The notes under the pieces: model-generated | Told to the model about the DNA's origin: nothing | Database searches by the model: none | Seen by the model: the letters and a program-made list of their open reading frames with translations, nothing else | Origin: Aureliella sp. | GTDB lineage: Bacteria; Planctomycetota; Planctomycetia; Pirellulales; Pirellulaceae | Direction of reading: 5' to 3' | Assembly: GCA_963691875.1 (NCBI GenBank) | Contig: OY829846.1 | Coordinates: forward strand, 2,112,001 to 2,176,000 | DNA length: 64,000 nt | Position numbers and translations under genes: made by a program | In this document: positions 1 to 11,256 of the stretch, in pieces | How positions within the stretch are numbered: the first letter of the stretch is position 1 | Layout of the letters: each line of letters starts with the position of its first letter

Positions 1-111
1 AATAGAACTATCACATTCTAAGTTCCAATACACCTCCGGTGCTTGCTTCTGCGAATCATGAGCTCGGTTGTCGGCGTCCAACGCGGGTCCGCGGGCAAGA
101 CTCACTTGCAT
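1..111 (-). CDS. possible hypothetical protein, N-terminal part, running off the left edge
   Basis: ATG at 111-109 opens 37 codons (MQVSLARGPALDADNRAHDSQKQAPEVYWNLECDSSI) to position 1; same strand as rpoD; no family recognised. Confidence 0.25.
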   Translation of the reverse strand, partial: MQVSLARGPALDADNRAHDSQKQAPEVYWNLECDSSI

Positions 112-576
112 TGGTCCGTTACTTGTTGGAGGACAAGCTATCGCAACTCGCCGGCCAAGGAAACTTGTCGGGACTGTTTCGATCGCCCGACCTGCGTTAC
201 CTCAAACCCCTGGACCTACGCTACAACTTCGAATCAAAGACTCAGATCGATAAGCTACTCTGCAATGAGTAACTTTTTTCAGTGAAGGCTGAACAACGCC
301 ACGCCCTGCATGCACGGTAGTTTGCATCAGAGCCCAATCAAACTCCGTCTCCAACGCCGAATTCACGAGAATTCTACCCGCCACCCAAAACCGCTGTCCA
401 CGGGAAGCGACACCAGCTTAGGGCCGAGTAACGTTAAAGCCAGTCGATGCCCCTAATTGCCGGTCAGTCTTCCCCTCGTTTGACGCGGTACAAGCAATAG
501 AAGCGTGAGTCAAATGATTATTGAAGACGATCAAGAAAAAAGACAAATAAACGCGCAGCTGGGCTTTTAGAAGACG

Positions 577-605
577 AATGGCGACTCTCCGGAAGAGTCG
601 CCATT
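577..605 (-). terminator. hairpin, probable rpoD terminator
   Basis: AATGGCGACTCT-ccgga-AGAGTCGCCATT, 12-bp stem ~40 nt after the rpoD stop; weak U-tail on the minus strand. Confidence 0.6.
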
Positions 606-647
606 TTCGAACTAGCATTTCGTGGGGTCACATCTTCATTGAGGCGC

Positions 648-2339
648 TTAGGCGGCTGGCTTGAGATAGCCCGAAAGATGCTGGGCCCGAACAGGATTTT
701 GCATCTTGGATACGGCTTTAGCCTCAATCTGACGCACACGTTCTCGTGTGACTTTGAAGATCCGACCAACTTCTTCCAAGGTGTAAGAATAACCGTCCAC
801 CAAACCGTATCGCAGTCGAATGATTTCGCGTTCGCGATAAGTTAGCGACTTAAGCAAGGTATCAATCTTGTCGCGAAGCAAACCGTTACTTGCGTTACGA
901 ATCGGATTACCGTGATCGTCGTCTTCGATAAACTCACCGAAAGAGTTGTCTTCACCTTCGCCAACTGGACGATCCAAGCTGGTCGGATGGCGTCCAATAT
1001 CCATGACCCGACGAACTTCTTCGACCGGCAGATCCGTTTGAGCTGCAATTTCCTCGGTGGATGGCTCGCGTTTCAAGGACTGAGTCAGTTGCTTCTGGAT
1101 ATTTCGCAGCCGGCTCAGCACGTCAATCATGTGCACTGGGATACGAATAGTACGAGCTTGATCTGCAATGGCTCGCGTAATCGCTTGGCGAATCCACCAA
1201 GTCGCGTAGGTCGAGAATTTGAAGCCGCGACGATACTCATATTTGTCCACCGCTCGCATCAGTCCCGTATTCCCTTCTTGGATTAGATCCAAGAAGCTCA
1301 TGCCGCGATTTCTATATTTCTTGGCGATGGAAACAACCAATCGCAGGTTGCCTTGAGAAAGCTCCCGTTTGACAGACTCAAAGTCATTGTGGTGCTTGCG
1401 GAAGGAAACACAGCGATTCCGCAATGAACGTGGTGATTCTTCAGTCTGCAGAATTAGCTTACGAAACTCGCGCTGCAGCCGCTCACACTCACCGGATTGC
1501 AATGGATTTAGGCTCAGGATGTCGATCCGCATCTTCAGTGCTTCCATGCGATCGGCCATCTCCTCCAACTGCTTCATGTTCGGGATGACTCGCCGCGAAC
1601 GGAGGCTCAACTCTTCCGCTAGCGTGACACACTTCTCGCGCAGACGTTGGTAAATCTTACCCAGTTCACGCCGCTCGACAGTGGAAGTACTTTTGCGCAC
1701 GATTTGCATGAAAATTGCTCGCTTTTTCACCATCAAGGCCTTGAGGGTGGTCAAGTTATGCGGCATTCGTGCCGTGACTTGTTCCTTCGTCAGCCGTTCT
1801 GTCAAAGACACCTTGATAGTGCGATCGAAAGGCAGTTCGCCACTGTGGACCCGTGAGAGAATCTGCACGGTCTGTCTCAAGGCGTAGGCATTACCGAGCA
1901 GGCAGCGACGGAAGCGTTTTCGTGTAATCTCGATCTTCTTGGCTAGCGCAATTTCTTCGTCGCGACTGAACAGTGGAATCTCCGACATCTGGCTAAGGTA
2001 CAGACGAATCGGATCATCGCTCAACTTAGGTAGCTCGACGGTGGGCTCAAAGTTTTCGTCTTCCGTTTCAGCTTCAGCGTCGTCTGCCAGCTCCATCTCA
2101 TCTTCAGACTTGGATTCCATTTCCAAGTTGAAAGTATCAGAGGTACGCTTTCCTGCAGGCGCTTTGTCTACAAGCGGAATTCCCTTCTTGTCGAGGGCGG
2201 TCAGCAGATTGTCGAGCTTTTCGCTGCTGGTATCCTCGTCTGGCAGGTAGGCGCCGACTTGTTCATAGGTCAAGAAGCCCTGATCACGTCCAGTAGCGAT
2301 GAGGGTACGCAGGTCTAGATCTAGCAGTTCCACTTTCAC
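648..2339 (-). CDS. rpoD: RNA polymerase primary sigma-70 factor
   Basis: Region 1.2 [11 protein letters not shown], region 2 [42 protein letters not shown], region 4 [16 protein letters not shown]; follows dnaG; AAGGAG RBS. Confidence 0.95.
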   Translation of the reverse strand: MKVELLDLDLRTLIATGRDQGFLTYEQVGAYLPDEDTSSEKLDNLLTALDKKGIPLVDKAPAGKRTSDTFNLEMESKSEDEMELADDAEAETEDENFEPTVELPKLSDDPIRLYLSQMSEIPLFSRDEEIALAKKIEITRKRFRRCLLGNAYALRQTVQILSRVHSGELPFDRTIKVSLTERLTKEQVTARMPHNLTTLKALMVKKRAIFMQIVRKSTSTVERRELGKIYQRLREKCVTLAEELSLRSRRVIPNMKQLEEMADRMEALKMRIDILSLNPLQSGECERLQREFRKLILQTEESPRSLRNRCVSFRKHHNDFESVKRELSQGNLRLVVSIAKKYRNRGMSFLDLIQEGNTGLMRAVDKYEYRRGFKFSTYATWWIRQAITRAIADQARTIRIPVHMIDVLSRLRNIQKQLTQSLKREPSTEEIAAQTDLPVEEVRRVMDIGRHPTSLDRPVGEGEDNSFGEFIEDDDHGNPIRNASNGLLRDKIDTLLKSLTYREREIIRLRYGLVDGYSYTLEEVGRIFKVTRERVRQIEAKAVSKMQNPVRAQHLSGYLKPAA

Positions 2340-2504
2340 AACTCCTTTTGCTTAGATCCTCCGGCTGAGTCTTGCGGGAATCAGTCGGCGGATCGTGGAA
2401 TCCGATTGTAAAATTGTTCAGAGCCCCACACTCCGTTGATGGGACTATTTTGCCAATCCGTTAGCCTAGCGGTGATTGCTCAGTGGAAGGCAACTCACTC
2501 GCAA

Positions 2505-4427
2505 CTACGCGGGATCTCCAGGCGGCGTTGGCGGAGGCATCGTATCCTCTTCATCCCCTGGGTCTCCTACGAGTCCTTGTCGCAATCGGGCTTGGCGTAT
2601 GACGTCTTCGAGGACGCCAATTTCTTCCGTCTCCGAAAGATTGGATTTCTGTAACTCCGTTTCAAGTTGCAACCTTCGCACTGCGTCTTGTCGTTCCCCC
2701 ATGCGATGGGTTAGCACCCGCAACCGATCCTCGGCAGACACCTTGGTGTATCCGAGTTTGGCTTGCGCTTGTTCATGGAGCGTGACAAGTAAACTTTTGA
2801 GCGAAGGATCTTCAAGAGCGACCAGTACGCTTTCAAACTCAAGCGACTCGCCGGCAAACTCAAGCTGCTGGTAGGCAGCCAGCATGGCTCGAGCCGCTGC
2901 GCACTCAAGCCAGCCCGATTGCACTCTTTCCAGTGCTATCGGGGCAACTTGCGGTGCCACGATAATCAACTCCAACAGCTCACGTTCAAATGGCGACAGG
3001 TCACCCGGACGCATCAACGCTTGGCTCTGCTCATCCTCTTCGGGCTTTCGCCGTTGAAATCGTTCATTGCGTTTCCGAAGTCCCGACAACCTCTCGCGCA
3101 AGTTGGCTTCTGGAATCGAAAACTTACGAGCCAATCGAGCAAGCACCTGATCCTGTCTCAGGCGAAAAGCACTGTTTTCAATTAGTCCGCTCTGTGGAAC
3201 TTTGGCCAATAGGGAGAGCATCTCTTCGACGGCTTGGTTCGCGCGGTGCGTATCGACTAAGGGGTCAAATCCGCTGCTGACCCTCTGAAGCTTGAACTCC
3301 AAGGCATCGCCAGATTTGCGGATCCGATCGTGCAATGCCTCGGCACCGTTGGCTAACAAAAAGTCGGCCGGATCCTGGCCCTCAGGCAGAGTCAAGACTC
3401 GCACGTCCATCTGAGCATGCAGGAATAATTCTAAGACGTCGTCACTACGCTTTTGCCCGGCTGCGTCTCCGTCTAGCAGCAGTATGACTTGCTCGACCTG
3501 ATTGCGTTGAAGGACTTTGAGATGTTGTTGTGTGAGTGCTGTTCCCAGCACCGCCATGGATGTGTCCAGGCCACATTGATGGGCGATAATGACGTCGGTG
3601 TAGCCCTCAACAATGATCGCTTGCTTGGCCAAGCGGCTTGGTTTACCTGCAACGTCGAAGCCATATAGAGTCTGGTGTTTTTGGAAGACACGCGACTCGG
3701 AGGAGTTCAAATACTTGGCTCGTTCCTCGGAGTTCGGCAGGACTCGTCCACCAAAGGCGATTGGACGCGACTCGCGATCACGCACTGGGAACATAACGCG
3801 GTTGCGGAAAAAATCGTAGTGTCCGCCGCGGTCTCGTTTCTTTGCCAACCCCGAAGCTTCAAGGATAAATGGCGTTATTTTTTCCTGTCGCGCGGCGTCT
3901 TGAATCGCAGACCAGCTGTCTGGTGCGAAGCCAATGCCGAACTGCTTGATGGAAGCAGATGTTATCTGACGGTCCGCCAAATACTCACGTGCTTTTTCAC
4001 CGTCATCGGACTGGAGAAAATCTTGATAGAACTTATCAGCAAACTGCAGCGCGCGATAAATCTCGGCTTTGATGTCTTGACGAGAAGAGGAGCCTTGGGA
4101 GCGTTTGCCACCGTATTTTTCTTTTGACTTGAGCGTAATCCCGGCGCGCTCGGCAAGCTTGCGAAGCGCTTCAGGAAAATTGAGCCCTTCATCTTGCATC
4201 AAGAAATTGAAGACGTCTCCACCAATGTCGCATACCCAACATTTCCAGGTTTGGCGGTTGGGATCTATCTGAAGACTTGGCCGCGTGTCGGTGTGCCAAG
4301 GACAAAGAGTTGCATAATTGCGTCCTTGCCTGCGCAGCTCGTATCGACTGCCGATTAAATCGACAATGTCCGTTGCCGCACGGACCTGCTCTTTGGTATC
4401 TACATCAAAACTGAACGACACAAGCAC
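2505..4427 (-). CDS. dnaG: DNA primase
   Basis: CHC2 zinc finger (CPWH...CWVC), FGGR, KYLNS, Toprim VEGYTDVI and DGDAAG, DPAD. Confidence 0.97.
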   Translation of the reverse strand: MLVSFSFDVDTKEQVRAATDIVDLIGSRYELRRQGRNYATLCPWHTDTRPSLQIDPNRQTWKCWVCDIGGDVFNFLMQDEGLNFPEALRKLAERAGITLKSKEKYGGKRSQGSSSRQDIKAEIYRALQFADKFYQDFLQSDDGEKAREYLADRQITSASIKQFGIGFAPDSWSAIQDAARQEKITPFILEASGLAKKRDRGGHYDFFRNRVMFPVRDRESRPIAFGGRVLPNSEERAKYLNSSESRVFQKHQTLYGFDVAGKPSRLAKQAIIVEGYTDVIIAHQCGLDTSMAVLGTALTQQHLKVLQRNQVEQVILLLDGDAAGQKRSDDVLELFLHAQMDVRVLTLPEGQDPADFLLANGAEALHDRIRKSGDALEFKLQRVSSGFDPLVDTHRANQAVEEMLSLLAKVPQSGLIENSAFRLRQDQVLARLARKFSIPEANLRERLSGLRKRNERFQRRKPEEDEQSQALMRPGDLSPFERELLELIIVAPQVAPIALERVQSGWLECAAARAMLAAYQQLEFAGESLEFESVLVALEDPSLKSLLVTLHEQAQAKLGYTKVSAEDRLRVLTHRMGERQDAVRRLQLETELQKSNLSETEEIGVLEDVIRQARLRQGLVGDPGDEEDTMPPPTPPGDPA

Positions 4428-4733
4428 TCCATTGGCTAGCTAGGTCAGCAAAGAGAAGAACTGTTTCTCCAGAGTTAGCTTTCAACCAGGAGAGCTTGAC
4501 TCATTGGAGAAATCGCATCCATTGTCATAAAAGATTATGAACAGGTTCTCAATCTATTGCCAGGACCGGCTTCGCCGTGTCGTTGGGATCCATCCATTCT
4601 CAAGCCAAATCGCCTCGCAAGAGTGAAGTCGCTCCCAATGCAGTTGGGGGAAACTTGTCAGTGCGAATAAGAATTGGGGGCTGAGCTAGCGCAATCCGTT
4701 ACGCTGCGACCAGTATGCCCCGCTTTTCGAAAA

Positions 4734-5700
4734 TCACCAACACCAATCCAATGCGGTCTTTTGGCGACGAATGATGGCATAGTTAGTAGGTTGCATAACG
4801 CCGTAGAATCTCCGGGGCCTTGATACCCAGTGGTCTACTGGTCGCAAAGCGCCGGCACTATCTGCCGCCTCACTCGTTGTACCACCAGATGAATTTTCGA
4901 AATTCAGCAAAATCCAGGTTGCAGAATTTATCGCGCATCGAGTAGCCCTCGCCATTTTCGGCAGCATACTCCCATCTGACTCGCGAGAAGAATTCACTGA
5001 TTCGAGTTATCCAGCGCTTCTGATGACGCACGTCACGTTCCGAGAATAGCCCTAGCTGCTGGAAGAGTTGGTTTGTCCATTCATTGATCTGCTTGATCGA
5101 GTCAACATTAGACCCGCTCAAAAAGTTGATTAGCAATCAATTAACCTTTACCTCCTAAAGATCAAATACCTGCGCAGTGTTTTCGACGATCGCTACGAAC
5201 TCGTGCCAGCGAAAGAAATCACGGTGAAAGTGGGCCCAAGCATTCCAGCCTAACTTCTGTTGCACCTGCCTTTCCGCAAGTGAAGCTCGGCGGTGTAGCC
5301 CATAAATCGAAGTGACAGCATGCACCGCCTCGGAAGAATGATCTCCAAGACTTACCCTTTCAATTACTTCGCCATTTCGTCAACGGCTAGCCGAACCGAA
5401 GGCGTATAGACCGGATTGTCTCCGTCATACATGAATAGAATCAGGCAGAATTCGCGATGAGCTAACAGATCTGCCAATTCCATCTCCCTCTAATTCTTTG
5501 AGTTTGGTTGCCGCATCGGATTCCCCAAGCGCCGAGTTCACGAAATTCGGAAGGAAGCTATACCTCGGAAATTGCCATTGTTTCTTTGGCAAATCAAATT
5601 TTCGATTATGAGTCAACTGCAAGAGCCGGAGGCCGGCGCTGCCTTGGTTGAGCATGCCCGTGACGCAATGATTCTCCTGCTATCAACGGTGGCTAGCGTG
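4734..5700 (-). pseudogene. degraded hypothetical gene
   Basis: The frame of ORF 4870-5136 continues upstream through TGA (5137-5139) and TAG (5155-5157) with protein-like sequence (...KLGWNAWAHFHRDFFRWHEFVAIVE...); further fragments in other frames; boundaries approximate. Confidence 0.45.
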
Positions 5701-5846
5701 AATGCGGCTAAAATGCGCAGGACTTCCAACGTGAAACTCTGCTTGGCCCTGCTATTTATGCTCAGCGACTCGTCGCAGCGGTAATGGCAGTTTAGAATGC
5801 GTATGGTCTCAAACCTTACTTTGAAATTATGCAACGGAGAATATAG

Positions 5847-6437
5847 GTGTCCAAATCTATCGCATTGCTACTCGCTGTCCCTTGTCTTTTGTTTACGTCC
5901 ATCGCGGCGGCTCAGGAAGAAAAGGAGAGCGAAGGAAAGGGGACGACAATCAAACTCGGTCGTTCCGAAAATATCGTCCTCGAAGCACCAGCTGCGTGGA
6001 AGAAAGTGCAACCTCGTTCCCGCATTTTGAACTACGAGTTCGCGGCACCAGCGGATGCCAAGAAGGGCGATCCAACAGCACGCGTCACTTTGATGGGCGC
6101 GGGCGGCAGCATCGAAGCCAACATTGACCGTTGGTACGGACAGTTCAAGCAAGCCGACGGTTCATCAACCAAGGAAGCTTCGAAGGTCGAGAAGTTTGAA
6201 GTCGACGGGAACACGGTGCACTGGGTTGATATTCCTGGTACCTTTTCGGATCGCATGGGCGGTGGCCCCTTTGCTCCCGGTAAAGTGGTCGAACGAGCAG
6301 ACTACCGGATGCTCGGCGCGATCATCGTCACGAAGAAGGATGGACAGTACTTCGTGAAGATGACCGGACCTGCAGATCTACTGGAGAAGCAAGTGAAAGG
6401 ATTCCAAAAGATGTTGAAGGGACTTAAAGTCAAATAA
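5847..6437 (+). CDS. secreted hypothetical protein, probably co-transcribed with glpKD
   Basis: Signal peptide (…SIAAA-QEE); 196 aa; motifs GGSIEANIDRWYGQF and YFVKMTGP; 12-nt gap to glpK. Confidence 0.85.
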   Translation: MSKSIALLLAVPCLLFTSIAAAQEEKESEGKGTTIKLGRSENIVLEAPAAWKKVQPRSRILNYEFAAPADAKKGDPTARVTLMGAGGSIEANIDRWYGQFKQADGSSTKEASKVEKFEVDGNTVHWVDIPGTFSDRMGGGPFAPGKVVERADYRMLGAIIVTKKDGQYFVKMTGPADLLEKQVKGFQKMLKGLKVK

Positions 6438-6449
6438 AGGCACCTGAAA

Positions 6450-7955
6450 ATGTCCGACTTTATTCTGGCGCTAGACCAAGGCACGACAAGCTCGCGTGCC
6501 CTGGTCATCTCGGGTGATGGTAGCATCGTTTCCGTCGCTCAAAAGGAATTCACGCAGTTTTTCCCTCAGCCAGGCTGGGTGGAGCACGATCCAGATGAGA
6601 TCTGGAAGAGCCAGTTTGCGGTGGCCAAGTCCGCTCTTCGCAAGGCGAAATTGAAGGTGGCAGACATTGCCGCAATTGGAATTACCAATCAACGCGAGAC
6701 CACCGTCGTTTGGAATCGCGAAACGGGTGAGCCAATTCACAACGCGATAGTCTGGCAAGATCGGCGCACTGCGAACATGTGCGATCGTCTGAAAAAAGGC
6801 AATACTGCTGAGGCTATTACTTCAAAAACCGGCTTGGTCATCGACGCGTACTTTTCCGGAACAAAGCTAGCATGGATTCTCGACAACGTTAACGGAGCCA
6901 GAGCACTTGCCAAACAAGGTCAACTGGCCTTTGGCACCGTTGACAGCTGGCTTCTCTGGAAATTGACCGGCGGCAAGTCCTCGGCTGGAGCGGAGCACAA
7001 GACGGATCTGACCAATGCGTCCAGGACGATGCTCTGCGACTTGGCAACCGGCGACTGGGATCGAGAACTCGGCAAAGCGCTGAAGGTCCCGGATGCGGTT
7101 CTGCCCGAAATCTGTTCTTCGAGCGAAGTTTACGGCGAGACGGAGAAGAAGTTGTTCGGTGCCGCCATTCCAATAGCTGGAATCGCTGGCGATCAGCACG
7201 CAGCCTTGTTTGGCCAAATGTGCACGAAGCCTGGAATGGTGAAGAACACTTATGGCACCGGTTGTTTCATGCTGATGAACACAGGCAGCAAGTTGCGTCC
7301 GAGCAAAAATAATTTGCTGACCACCACGAGCTGGCAAATCGGCAACAAGTCGACTTATGCGCTGGAAGGCAGTATTTTCATCGCAGGAGCGGTGGTCCAG
7401 TGGCTGCGAGACGGATTGAAGATCATCAAGAAGGCACCCGACGTGGAAAAGCTTGCTGCCCAAGTCTCCGACAACGGCGGCGTGTACATTGTTCCGGCCT
7501 TCGCTGGACTTGGAGCTCCGCACTGGGATCCCTACGCTCGCGGTACGATCGCAGGAATTACACGAGGCGCAACCGGAGCCCATTTAGCTCGGGCAGCCCT
7601 GGAGTCGATCGCATACCAAACAGCGGATGTGCTGGACGCTATGCGAGGCGACTCAGGCATTCGTATCAAGTCGCTTCGCGTAGATGGTGGAGCGGCGACA
7701 AATGACTTGCTGATGCAGTTTCAAGCTGACATTCTGGGTGTGCCGGTTGTTCGTCCTAAATTCTTTGAGGCCACCGCGCTGGGCGCCGGTTATCTGGCAG
7801 GCTTGGCGGTGGGCGTTTGGAAGAACACGGCCGAACTTGAAAGCCAATGGCAAGTAGAGCGCACTTTTGAACCAGAGAAATCAAAAATGCAGGTTAACGA
7901 GCTCCGAGCCGGTTGGCAGAAAGCCTTGGAGCGAGCTAAGGAGTGGGACACCTAG
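6450..7955 (+). CDS. glpK: glycerol kinase
   Basis: [59 protein letters not shown]. Confidence 0.97.
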   Translation: MSDFILALDQGTTSSRALVISGDGSIVSVAQKEFTQFFPQPGWVEHDPDEIWKSQFAVAKSALRKAKLKVADIAAIGITNQRETTVVWNRETGEPIHNAIVWQDRRTANMCDRLKKGNTAEAITSKTGLVIDAYFSGTKLAWILDNVNGARALAKQGQLAFGTVDSWLLWKLTGGKSSAGAEHKTDLTNASRTMLCDLATGDWDRELGKALKVPDAVLPEICSSSEVYGETEKKLFGAAIPIAGIAGDQHAALFGQMCTKPGMVKNTYGTGCFMLMNTGSKLRPSKNNLLTTTSWQIGNKSTYALEGSIFIAGAVVQWLRDGLKIIKKAPDVEKLAAQVSDNGGVYIVPAFAGLGAPHWDPYARGTIAGITRGATGAHLARAALESIAYQTADVLDAMRGDSGIRIKSLRVDGGAATNDLLMQFQADILGVPVVRPKFFEATALGAGYLAGLAVGVWKNTAELESQWQVERTFEPEKSKMQVNELRAGWQKALERAKEWDT

Positions 7956-7986
7956 TCCAAGAATCTCTGAGCAGCGGAGCCAAGCT

Positions 7987-9519
7987 ATGCAACGAGATGA
8001 GATGCTGCACCGGTTACGTCAAGATAAAAGGTGGGACATTGTCATCATTGGCGGCGGAGCGACCGGGCTGGGCACCGCGGTTGACGCAGCCTCCCGAGGA
8101 TATTCGACGGTACTATTGGAGGCCGCTGACTTCGCCAAAGGCACATCGAGTCGCTCCACGAAGCTCATCCATGGTGGAGTTCGCTACCTGCGCAGCGGCC
8201 AGATCTCGATGGTTCGCGAATCCTTGCTTGAACGTGGGCGGCTTATGCAGAACGCTCCCGGCACGGTCCATCCGATTCGATTTCTCATTCCGGCCTACCG
8301 ATTCGGTCAGCGGCCTTTCTATTGGATTGGGATGAAACTCTACGATTGGCTCGCCACGTTGCACCGTGGCGCTAGCGTAGGGATCGAGTCCGCACGTATG
8401 GTTTCGCGGCGGAGAGCCCTAGATCTGGTTCCAACTCTTGGTTCTAAAAGCCTTCGCGGTGGAGTGCTTTATACCGATGGCCAGTTTGACGATTCAAGAC
8501 TCGCGATACGACTAGCGCAAACGGCGGCAAGCAATGGGGCGGTCGTTTGCAACTACCTTCAGGTGCAAGATATCGCACACCATGAAGGGCAAGCAACTGG
8601 CGTCTCGGTGGAAGACTTGGAGTCTGGGGAAAAGCTTGAAGTTCTCGGCAATGTCCTCATCAATGCGACGGGGGTTTTCGCAGAAGCTGTTATGGATCTA
8701 GATGAATCTAGCATGTCTCCGCAAGCCACCCGCCCGCGAATTGTCCCAAGTATGGGAACGCATTTGGTTCTCGATCGCGAATTCCTGCCGTGCGACCATG
8801 GAGTGCTGATCCCGAGCACGGATGACGGTCGCGTTTTATTTGCGATTCCTTGGCTGGGAAAGACGCTGATTGGAACCACCGACCGCGAAGTACCAGAAAT
8901 CGAGACCGATCCACGTCCTAGCGTGGAAGAAGTCGCATATCTGATGGACCATGTCGGTCGCTATCTCACGCGAAAACCATCGCTTTCGGATATTCGGAGC
9001 CAGTTTGCTGGGCTGCGTCCGTTGGTGGGCAAGTTAGAATTGGAAGGCGAAACTGCAACCTCGAAACTCTCACGCGAACACGAGATACACGTGTCGCAGT
9101 CTGGGCTAATCACCATAATCGGCGGCAAGTGGACAACATATCGTAAGATGGCGGAAGACATCGTCGACTTGGCTATCAACAGAGGCAACTTAACGCCCAG
9201 CTCGTCGAGCACTCAGAAGCTGTCGCTGGAAGTGGAAGTGCCAGGCGATTTCCAGAGCGGGCCAGAGGATATGCCGTTGCACCCCCAATTGCCATATCGT
9301 TGGAGCGATATCGAGCATGCGATGGAGAATGAAATGGTTGTCCAATTGGAAGACATTTTAGCCCGCCGCACGCGTTGTCTGCTACTCGATGTAAAGGCAA
9401 CCCGAGAAATTGCCCCACAAGTTGTCGAAATGTTGGCAGCAAAACGTGGGCAAGACGCAGATTGGCAAGCTAAGCAGCTCCAACAATTCTTACAGTTGTC
9501 GCAACGCTACTTGCCATGA
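7987..9519 (+). CDS. glpD: FAD-dependent glycerol-3-phosphate dehydrogenase
   Basis: GGGATG FAD motif, GTSSRSTKLIHGGVRYL, DGQFDDSRL, AGLRPL, GGKWTTYRKMAE; start placed at ATG 7987 after glpK. Confidence 0.93.
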   Translation: MQRDEMLHRLRQDKRWDIVIIGGGATGLGTAVDAASRGYSTVLLEAADFAKGTSSRSTKLIHGGVRYLRSGQISMVRESLLERGRLMQNAPGTVHPIRFLIPAYRFGQRPFYWIGMKLYDWLATLHRGASVGIESARMVSRRRALDLVPTLGSKSLRGGVLYTDGQFDDSRLAIRLAQTAASNGAVVCNYLQVQDIAHHEGQATGVSVEDLESGEKLEVLGNVLINATGVFAEAVMDLDESSMSPQATRPRIVPSMGTHLVLDREFLPCDHGVLIPSTDDGRVLFAIPWLGKTLIGTTDREVPEIETDPRPSVEEVAYLMDHVGRYLTRKPSLSDIRSQFAGLRPLVGKLELEGETATSKLSREHEIHVSQSGLITIIGGKWTTYRKMAEDIVDLAINRGNLTPSSSSTQKLSLEVEVPGDFQSGPEDMPLHPQLPYRWSDIEHAMENEMVVQLEDILARRTRCLLLDVKATREIAPQVVEMLAAKRGQDADWQAKQLQQFLQLSQRYLP

Positions 9520-9578
9520 CCCGTTGAGGTACCACAGACAAATTGGTCAATGAGCGATATGCACGGGGCAACGAGCGG

Positions 9579-10328
9579 TCAGTTTTTCTGCTCACTTCGC
9601 CAGCTTGAAACAAAACTGGTCAGTACAATCCCTGCCAGCAGTCCGACGGCTAACATCAGCAAGAACGCGTTTGGTGTGTGAGCCCAAGTCCAGTCTTCGG
9701 TAAGTGTCGTCCCGAATACGGAGCTAAGCGTAGCCAAGGGGAGAAAGAACGCCGCCATCATGTTCAATCGATGCGTCGCAATGGCTAGTCGTTCGTTCGA
9801 TACCGTCTGCTTCTCAGCTCGCCGAATCATGGCCACGTCCATGTCGTCTCGGGTGTACTGATAGTTCAGTTCAGCAGCCCGAGAAAGAGCGTAAGCTCGG
9901 TCGCGGAGGTCGATGAGCTCGATTGCTTCGGGAAAAGCTTCGCGAGCCTTTCCGAGCACTTCGGTCAAGTGCTTGGAGGCCCGTGCGACCGGAGCGAGAG
10001 ATTCCAATATATGCAGATAGTCGTCAGCATTTTGAGCCGCAGATTCCTGACGATCAAACTCTCGAATTCGTTGCTCGTAGCGATTAAGCAGAATCTCGAT
10101 TCCTGCTTTGCCTGGGTCGCCATTGCTGCATCTCCATTCGCCACTACCATCGCGTTAGTAAAGGATACCTCGCCGAGTCATTTCATTCGCGTCGGGAACA
10201 TCGTGAGCAACCACAAGCAAGTGGCCGTCACTCTTCATGATCCTTTGACTCCCGACCGTAGACCCTAATCTAACCCGAAGCTCAGAAGGCAATTCCCAGT
10301 TGGCAGGGACGAGAGGGGCGGCAGCCAT
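9579..10328 (-). pseudogene. membrane protein with CorA-like C-terminal two-TM segment, interrupted by one in-frame TAA
   Basis: ATG 10328 to stop 9579 in one frame with a single TAA at 10155-10157 (GILY*RDGSGEW); C-terminal AAFFLPLATLSSVFG resembles the CorA P-T-xx-G segment. Confidence 0.75.
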
Positions 10329-10489
10329 ATTTTCGTTGCTCCATTCACTCCAGCTACCAGCTGGAGTCTCAAATCTGTTTAATTATTGCCTGCTTTGTTT
10401 CACTGGAGATGGCCTGTCACTAGAGTCGCTCAGGCGCGTTTTCTTGCGAATTGTAGAAAGTTTCAGGGCTGAGCCTGACCGCTGCTCAC

Positions 10490-10915
10490 CTAGCGACTGT
10501 CGCCTTGAATGGTCGCAACCAAGCGGCGAGCGCCACCCTGGTTACGATGCTCGCACAGATAAATGCCTTGCCAAGTCCCAAAGGCTAACTGACCACCTGA
10601 AATCGGAACCGAAATAGAGGCCCCCAGCAATGAGGATTTCACGTGGGCAGGCATATCATCTGGTCCCTCTAAAGTATGCACGAGCGGCAGGCCGGTCTCC
10701 GGCGCGATCGCGTTGAAGAAGGTCTCCATATCCACCCGCACGTCAGGGTCGGCGTTCTCGTTTATTGTAAGGCTCGCTGAAGTGTGCTGGATAAATAGAT
10801 GGAAAAGGCCAACCTGAATATCAGCGAGCTCAGGAATATGCTCAAGGACTTCCGCCGTGACTAAGTGGAAGCCCCTTCGTTTGGGCTGTAAGGTCATGTC
10901 TCGTTGGAACCACAT
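10490..10915 (-). CDS. yjbQ: YjbQ/UPF0047 family protein
   Basis: HTSASLTINENADPDV, GPDDMPAHVKSSLLG, GTWQGIYLCEH. Confidence 0.93.
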   Translation of the reverse strand: MWFQRDMTLQPKRRGFHLVTAEVLEHIPELADIQVGLFHLFIQHTSASLTINENADPDVRVDMETFFNAIAPETGLPLVHTLEGPDDMPAHVKSSLLGASISVPISGGQLAFGTWQGIYLCEHRNQGGARRLVATIQGDSR

Positions 10916-11200
10916 ATCATTCTCGTAGTGAAAAAATCCTGATCGAACTGCCTGGATGCAACACCAAAGTGTCCAGCGAAGTCGAGAAAAAGAATGCGAA
11001 CACAGTTGCGAAGACTGTCAAGCCCATCCAAGTTAAGCTGTGTACTGCAAGACGGCTCTACAGCGGAATCCACGCCGCAACGAGGGATGTAGGGTTGGCT
11101 GTTGTTCCTCGTTCTGAGGGGCCGCAAACTCCAGCTAGACGGTTCAGCTTTGCGAGATTTTGCAAGTGATTCGCGGGAGTTTTTGGCTGTCTGAGTCATT

Positions 11201-11256
11201 CGAAAAATTCATAGAAATTGCTTGACTTCATGCAGCGTGAGTTAATAATCGCAGCG
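11201..11256 (+). promoter_or_regulatory. sigma-70 promoter with rrn-P1-like architecture
   Basis: AT-rich upstream tract (11201-11220), TTGACT 11222-11227, 16-nt spacer, AATAAT 11244-11249, GC-rich CGCAGC discriminator. Confidence 0.65.
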
